NCBI RefSeq assembly: GCF_009914755.1
Contig: NC_060935.1
Direction: 5' to 3' (one strand)
From: the human T2T-CHM13v2.0 reference genome, Homo sapiens
Length of the DNA stretch: 64,000 bases
A model generated the notes under the pieces. The model did no database searches and was not told the DNA's origin. It saw nothing but the letters and a program-made list of their open reading frames with translations. The translations under genes and the position numbers were made by a program. Of the stretch, positions 58,132 through 64,000 are shown piece by piece. Each line of letters starts with the position of its first letter. Position 1 is the stretch's first letter.

Positions 58132-61100
58132 ACACACACAGAGTCTCTCCCTCTCTCATTCTCTCTCTCACTCTTCCTCAGCCATACAACACCCCTCCAG
58201 GATGATAGTACACCAGTGAGGAGCTTACAAGTTTAATACAGATCAGAATCCCACAGTTTGACTCAACAAAAAGGCAGTTAAAAATTTAGCACTCTAGATA
58301 TTCTAAGGGAAAATAAAAACTTCAAAAGTATTTCTTCATGATTGAGGCTATCATTATGAATTATAAAACATATAGCTTACACACTCCATTGTGTTTGAAC
58401 AACCAGTCATTGCAGGTGTAGTAGTGAGGTAGTATTGTCGTCCCCTCCTTGGGACTGATGTTTTTATATGCTGCCCTTCCAGAAAGGTCCAGGTTTAAAA
58501 ATCAGTTACCAACAAATGCATATATTCTTTTTATTAATTATCTGTTTTTCTAAATCAGTCTATAAAAGAACAAAACTTTTAAAATCTTGCAGAGGCTGTC
58601 TCATCAATAAACTCTCCTAGGGAACTACTACTGCTGTCTAAACCTCTGTGAAATGGTAGGCAAAAAAAACCCATCAAAGGATTACAGGAGATAAAACACC
58701 AATCAACGTAGCTGTTAAAGATGACTGTGATTAAATAATCAAATATCAAATATCCAGTAAGGTAATTAAATTTGGATTAAAAAAACTAACCATCAGCTGT
58801 ACATACATTATTAAATGTTCTAATCTCTTTCCTGGTTCATAGCCATACTCAACATAATGATCAAAGACTGTCCACTGTGCTACTACTATCATTTTAAACA
58901 CTGCCTGATTTGTATGATGGCGGAATTATGGCTATGGGCTTGGCAGGTAAGAGAAGGGCACACTGAGAAAATGTGAGTGAGAGGGAATGTGGAAATATAC
59001 ACAGGTTAAGTATGGAAGGGGCAAGGGAAACCCTTTAAAATGTTCACCATTATCCTTTAAAATGTGCATGAAACTGAAACCACAGATACACATTTGTCAG
59101 ACATGATAATTAGTGTTAATCTTCAATAGAAAAAAAAAGGAAAAAGAAAAATATGTGAAAAAAGGCAATGGAACACCATTCTCCATTCCTGGACCAAAAG
59201 AAAAAGAAAACCAAGTATGATATCAGACTGCCTTAATGTTGAAGAGCTCCCCTTAAATATGTCTTTTAGCTAGCACAGTCAAACTGGTGTAAGTGCTTTT
59301 GCAAGGTGGGATGCATTCCATCCTATCTGCAAAGGCCTGCTTTTCTCTGTTGGCAGTTCAGCTTATGAAGAATACATATGCAAAATAACAGCTCTCACAT
59401 TGCTTCAAACTCATTGATACGCTGCTTTGTGTTGCCTTGTCGAATCGGTCACAGAGTCTTGTACTTACCATGGCCTGTTTTAACATTCTTAGCCTGAAGA
59501 ACATCCTTTTGTGTTTCCTTGCTTTCATCTCTGGCTTGGGCTAATTCTGAACTTAAGGCCTGAAGTAGCTTCTTAACACGCTCATTTTTCTGTGTTTCTG
59601 TTACATGTTCTTCTTTGCTTCTATGGTTCATTACCCCTTCATCTGATAATTCAGCACCAGCCTTAGCATTAATCTCATCATGTTCATCATGTTCGTTTTC
59701 TGTCGAAGGAATGACTGGTGGTGGTGGTGGTGGAGGTGGAGGGGGGGGCAGACATCACAGTTTTTAACTCTTCTTTGGTCTTTTCCAAGTCTTCTGGGCT
59801 GCAAAAGCTTTGTGTTGCCACTCAGTAGCTTCCTCTTCCTTTTTCTTCTTGGCTTCTTCTAGAAGTACAATCTTGGCAGTGAATTGAGCAAGTTTTGCTG
59901 CTAGCTGCTCCTGATTCTTCTGGTCGGCAGCTTGTTTTGCTATGGCAGACTTCGCCTCTTCAGCAGCTCGACGCTCCTTTTCAAGCCACTCTGCTGCTTC
60001 TTTTGCTTGTTTTCATTCTTGATCCAGTTCTAGAGCTTTTTGCGTCTGTTCTTCTAGTTATTTCTGGGCTTTAATCGTCTGTTCTTCTATTTGTTTTAGA
60101 CGTTCCATTAGCTCTTCCTTTTCACATTCTATTCTTTCCTTTTCTGCTATTTCTCTTTTCTTCTTTTTATTCTCTAATTGTGCCCTCTCCAACTGCTTCT
60201 GATGTTTCTCCTCCCTAGCCTGAGCCCTCATCTGTCATACTTCAATAGTATCAGGCTTCCTTCTTCGCATGTATAGTTCGTGGTTTCCCATACATAAGGC
60301 CAAAATCTGCTTATTGACTCTCAGGTGAGGGGCATAAAAACCAAAATCAGGTGGCTTTTTATTGATTGGCTTTATAACAAATTTTTTGTCATTAAATGAA
60401 ACATTTCTGATTTCACTCCACGGAAAACCAGTTTTAGGTGTTAATTTGTCATCATGCTCATAAATATTCAGACCCAAAGCATCAACACCTAGGCACAATT
60501 CAGTTTCCTTTTTTTTATTTCAAAATACTTGACTCTATACATTTCTAGATCTTGTGCAATCTTCAGGTAGTCCATCATAGAACCCTCCCTTTGTATTCCT
60601 CTATGTTTTTCATGCCAGTTCTGTATTCTTTCTTCCCACTGTTCTTGTTAGTTTGTGTTGTTCCAATACGTTGGGGTAGGAGTCTATCATTAGCCAGGTA
60701 GCCTGGGTTACGAATTTCTTTGTTATAATCTCCATACTTGGCTTGAACAGCATAGGAAGCCAGAAGAACTGCAGTTTCTGTCGGACAATATATCTCATCC
60801 TTTAAGATGGCTTCTTTAACTTGCAAGAAGAAGAGTCTCTGGGTTATTTCTTGAATTAATTCCTCAGAAACATCTTCAGGAAAGAATTTAGCTCTAAACT
60901 TGAACTGTAAAGGATCCTTCTCTTTTTTAACATCTTGCTGCGTCACCTTTTTATTTAGTTGAAGCCATGTAGAATAACCTCTGCTGTCTACATACTGCAG
61001 CCCCAAAAACCAGACCTCGCGCAAACCAACTATTTTCACCACATGGTCAAAAAGTTGTTTGCCAGTTGTTTTGGGCTGAATGGCAAATTTCCAGCTCAGC

Positions 61101-61348
61101 ATCCATTGTAGTTACTGTTACGTTGATTGGTTCCGGCATTTTCTTTCTCTTTTTGTTATCTTCTTAAAAAATTCTTCACTTCGATGAATTCTGTTGTCAC
61201 TTTCCGGAGAGCGAGCGGCTCCTGCCCGACGGCGTGTGTCTGGGGCGCTGCTGGGCTGCGGGGCTGCGGCAGGGAGGGAGAGGCGGTGCTGCGGGCTCCG
61301 GGCCGCGGGAGACCAGAGGCGCCGCCGCCACCGCAGACAGCTCCGCGA
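56960..61348 (-). pseudogene. RDXP1: Full-length processed pseudogene of radixin (RDX); specific symbol tentative
   Basis: Intronless CDS remnant 61139 (ATG, MPEPINV) to 59395 (EFEAM*): FERM domain, coiled coil, radixin polyproline tract, C-ERMAD; multiple frameshifts/stops; ~2.4-kb 3' UTR, AATAAA at 56997-57002, poly-A 56962-56984, TSD tgga(t/c)ataaggt at 56948-56959 and 61349-61360. Parent RDX is recognised confidently; RDXP1 versus another RDX retrocopy is an inference. Confidence 0.95.
58093..58170. repeat. Compound (TC)n(CA)n microsatellite in the retrocopy 3' UTR
   Basis: Seen directly. Confidence 0.9.
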
Positions 61349-61778
61349 TGGACATAAGGTTTTCAGTGAGAAGAGTTTTTAAAAAAAATTTAGCGTTTCC
61401 TCCTTGGAAGAATTTTACAAATAAGACATCAAGTTGGTCACAGAGAAGGATCTTGACGTTGTAACCAGTCCTGCATCCCAGTCAGGGCTCTCTCTGGTAG
61501 ATGAGGATTCTCTGTGTATCACCACAGAAACCCCAGCTTGCTGGAGTAATAAAACTGTTTCTGTAGTGGGTGTTTTTCTCTCCCTTCCAAAAAAAATCCC
61601 TAGTAAGACTTAAAGCTTAGTGGAGAGATGGTTAAATAGATCAAAGCCATTGTATTTATATTTTCGAATTATGTATAAGAATAATACGTATTTGTTACTT
61701 TATGATCTTGTAATATTTAGATAATTTGGCATATTATAGTACCTACCAGATATAGTGCTTAACAGATTTCAACTTTTA

Positions 61779-61910
61779 TTTATGTATTTTTAAAAATAGA
61801 GTTGGGGGTCTCACTGTTGCCCAGCCTAATCAAGAACTCCTGGGCTCAAGTGATCTTGCCTCGGCCTTCCAACGTGCTAGGATTATAGGAGTGAGCCACC
61901 ATGCCTGACG
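61779..61910 (-). mobile_element. Alu monomer (FLAM-like)
   Basis: gaactcctgggctcaagtgatc...gagccaccatgcctg; TSD tcaactttta at 61769-61778 and 61911-61920. Confidence 0.88.
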
Positions 61911-63829
61911 TCAACTTTTAAATGTGCATATAAATAATTACCAAGAAGTAATTTTAAATTGAAATGTGTAATAATATTTCAGCAAGTTATGTTAACAACA
62001 TGTATGAGAACCTCACATCCACTATAATTCTAAATTTATTTTATTAGATTATAAGAACTAGTTAGAAACTTATTAAAACATTTTTAAAATGAAAATCAAT
62101 CTCTATAAGGAAATCAAAACTGTAATTATTTATAAACACTTTGAATTTTTTATGAAGACTTATTAACTAGGTTGTAATGGCTACTTAAAAATGACCGGTA
62201 ACATTTTTTAGAAAGTTTTAAAAACTGAACTTAAAATATAAGAAATAATAAGATTTTTAAGTATATTTTATTTCTGAGTCAACTGTTGACTTTAAAAAGG
62301 GCCGACAACCGTGCAGTGCAGCTTTCTGTAAGAACCTCAGTGAACACACATGAGAAAATGTAGCTTAAAAAAAGGTTCACTTTTTAAAGGACATTACTGA
62401 TGTCCTAAAATATACTAGGTATATATTGTTGCTTGGGTGTTTGAAGTTGTTTGGATGAAATAAACTTGGGTTCAGTCACAGAATACAAGATTGTCTACTG
62501 ATTTCAGATGATAATGTGTCTGGAGAAGATGAGCCTTCTCAAAGGCAATTGCAGAAAGACAAGATAATTTTGAGGGCAACATTTTTTTTTTCTAGGATGG
62601 ACGAAAACGGAAAAAAAGTAGTAACAATGAAAAAGATGTTTATAACATTTAAAAAACCCTCAAAACTGACTATAAAGGAAAACCATTTTAACAAAAGCTA
62701 AAACTACATGCATTTCAAACTTATGCAGTGTATTTAAGTCACACTGGCCCCTTAGATGTCCCTACAAGCGCTGCAGACGTCGGGGAGGCCTGTGGAGTGA
62801 CCGGTCCTCACCTCCTCCGGCTCTCAGTGCCCCATCTGCCAGCTGTCACAGTGCTGGTACACTCTAACAAGACCTCCCCGGGGCTCAGGGATAAACAGAG
62901 AGAAACACAGTAATACTATGATACTAGAAATACTGGCTTTTAAAGTATGGTACTGTTTATTATCTTACGACAGGAAGTCCTGTCGTATCTGAGATATGGC
63001 TCTGAAAGAATTCTTGGTCTAGGTATTTCCCATCTCTAGAGGGCGGTGATATATTTGAAGCAATCACTTAATTACAAGAGCTCTCTCCTCCTGTACCCTG
63101 CCACATTTATTGTCAATAACTCAGAATTTCCTAAGTGATAAGGGATGGCTCTCTGTGTCTTCTGACCCCTCAGAGAGCTCACAGTGGTGTCTTTGGATGC
63201 CTGCATCCTGTCCTGCCTCCTCCCCGCCTTACCGTGGGGCTCACACAGTCAATGGCCATAGAAGAGCCACTGCAGTCCCACCTGGATTCATAGCACCAGG
63301 AAAGGAGCAGGCCTCTTTCAGCCAGCCAAAGAAACACTTACCCCTTATTAGGGAAGCTGCACAACAGACTAAAACCGGATCCAGGAAACAGTGGACAGGG
63401 GACTCAGGTGGGTGTGGAGTGTGCGCCTCACTCCCCAGGAAAGCAGCGCTAGGGCCCTTTCCCTCAGAACTCTGTGGCGTGCATTGCTTCTGGCCAAGGA
63501 GGGGAAAGTTCTTTCTGGCTCTCCTCAAAGTCTTATTACAGACCTTCCTGGAATTGCTTATACATCTTCTTGGCCCCTTTCAGCTTCACTCTGGTGATAC
63601 CAGTAGGTCACTGACCCAGAACATGGCCCCTGAACTCTGGTCTTGAGGTGGTGGTGGTGGCGATGGGCTTTTTGGGGTCAACTGACTTTTACTTCCTTCC
63701 AGGCAAGGTCACTGAACATGTGAAAATATGCTGGCTTTCCACCTAGTGAGGAGCTACATTATCTCTGAGTGAGAGCAGGACATTTCACCTTTGAAATGGC
63801 AAGTGGAAAGAACAGGTGGAGGTAATCAA

Positions 63830-63831
<2 letters not shown>

Positions 63832-63878
<47 letters not shown>
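63832..63878. repeat. (CA)n microsatellite, ~23 units
   Basis: Uninterrupted CA run seen directly. Confidence 0.97.
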
Positions 63879-63880
<2 letters not shown>

Positions 63881-64000
63881 CTAATGAGGAACAGGAGGAA
63901 AAGGGATGGTGGGCAAACAGTGGAGGGAAGTGAAGGGGTGGGTGATGAGGAGGTGAAAGGAAAAAAAGGATCTAAAGGGAAAACTAGAACTGAAAGAAGG

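Noticed and set aside
60575-61102. 175-aa FERM-domain ORF as a functional retrogene
   Set aside because: Out of frame with the parental ATG and bounded by frameshifts; remainder has multiple stops, so treated as pseudogene.
63110-63646. 178-aa ORF on + strand
   Set aside because: Non-ATG start, no motif or homology recognised.

Overview
Repeat-dense primate (very probably human) genomic DNA with no intact cellular protein-coding gene. Main contents: (1) a full-length ~6.03 kb L1PA2/PA3-type LINE-1 on the minus strand (19349-25380) with intact ORF1, an open antisense ORF0 and a twice-frameshifted ORF2, nested in an old L1M; (2) a CpG island/promoter at ~36.2-37.0 kb with a probable first exon and + strand splice donor, whose downstream exons I cannot identify; (3) a full-length processed radixin (RDX) pseudogene on the minus strand (56960-61348) with poly(A) tail, TSD and a surprisingly CpG-rich 5' end; (4) a fragmented class I ERV pol/env fossil (47.4-52.3 kb); (5) many Alu, MIR, L2, L1M, MaLR/ERV LTR and hAT relics. 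The most unusual unexplained structure is a gap-free 148-bp inverted repeat (~94% identity, 85-bp spacer) at 32476-32856. I cannot support a claim of a new biological system from sequence alone; the findings are testable candidates. Repeat subfamily names and old-repeat boundaries were judged by eye and are approximate.
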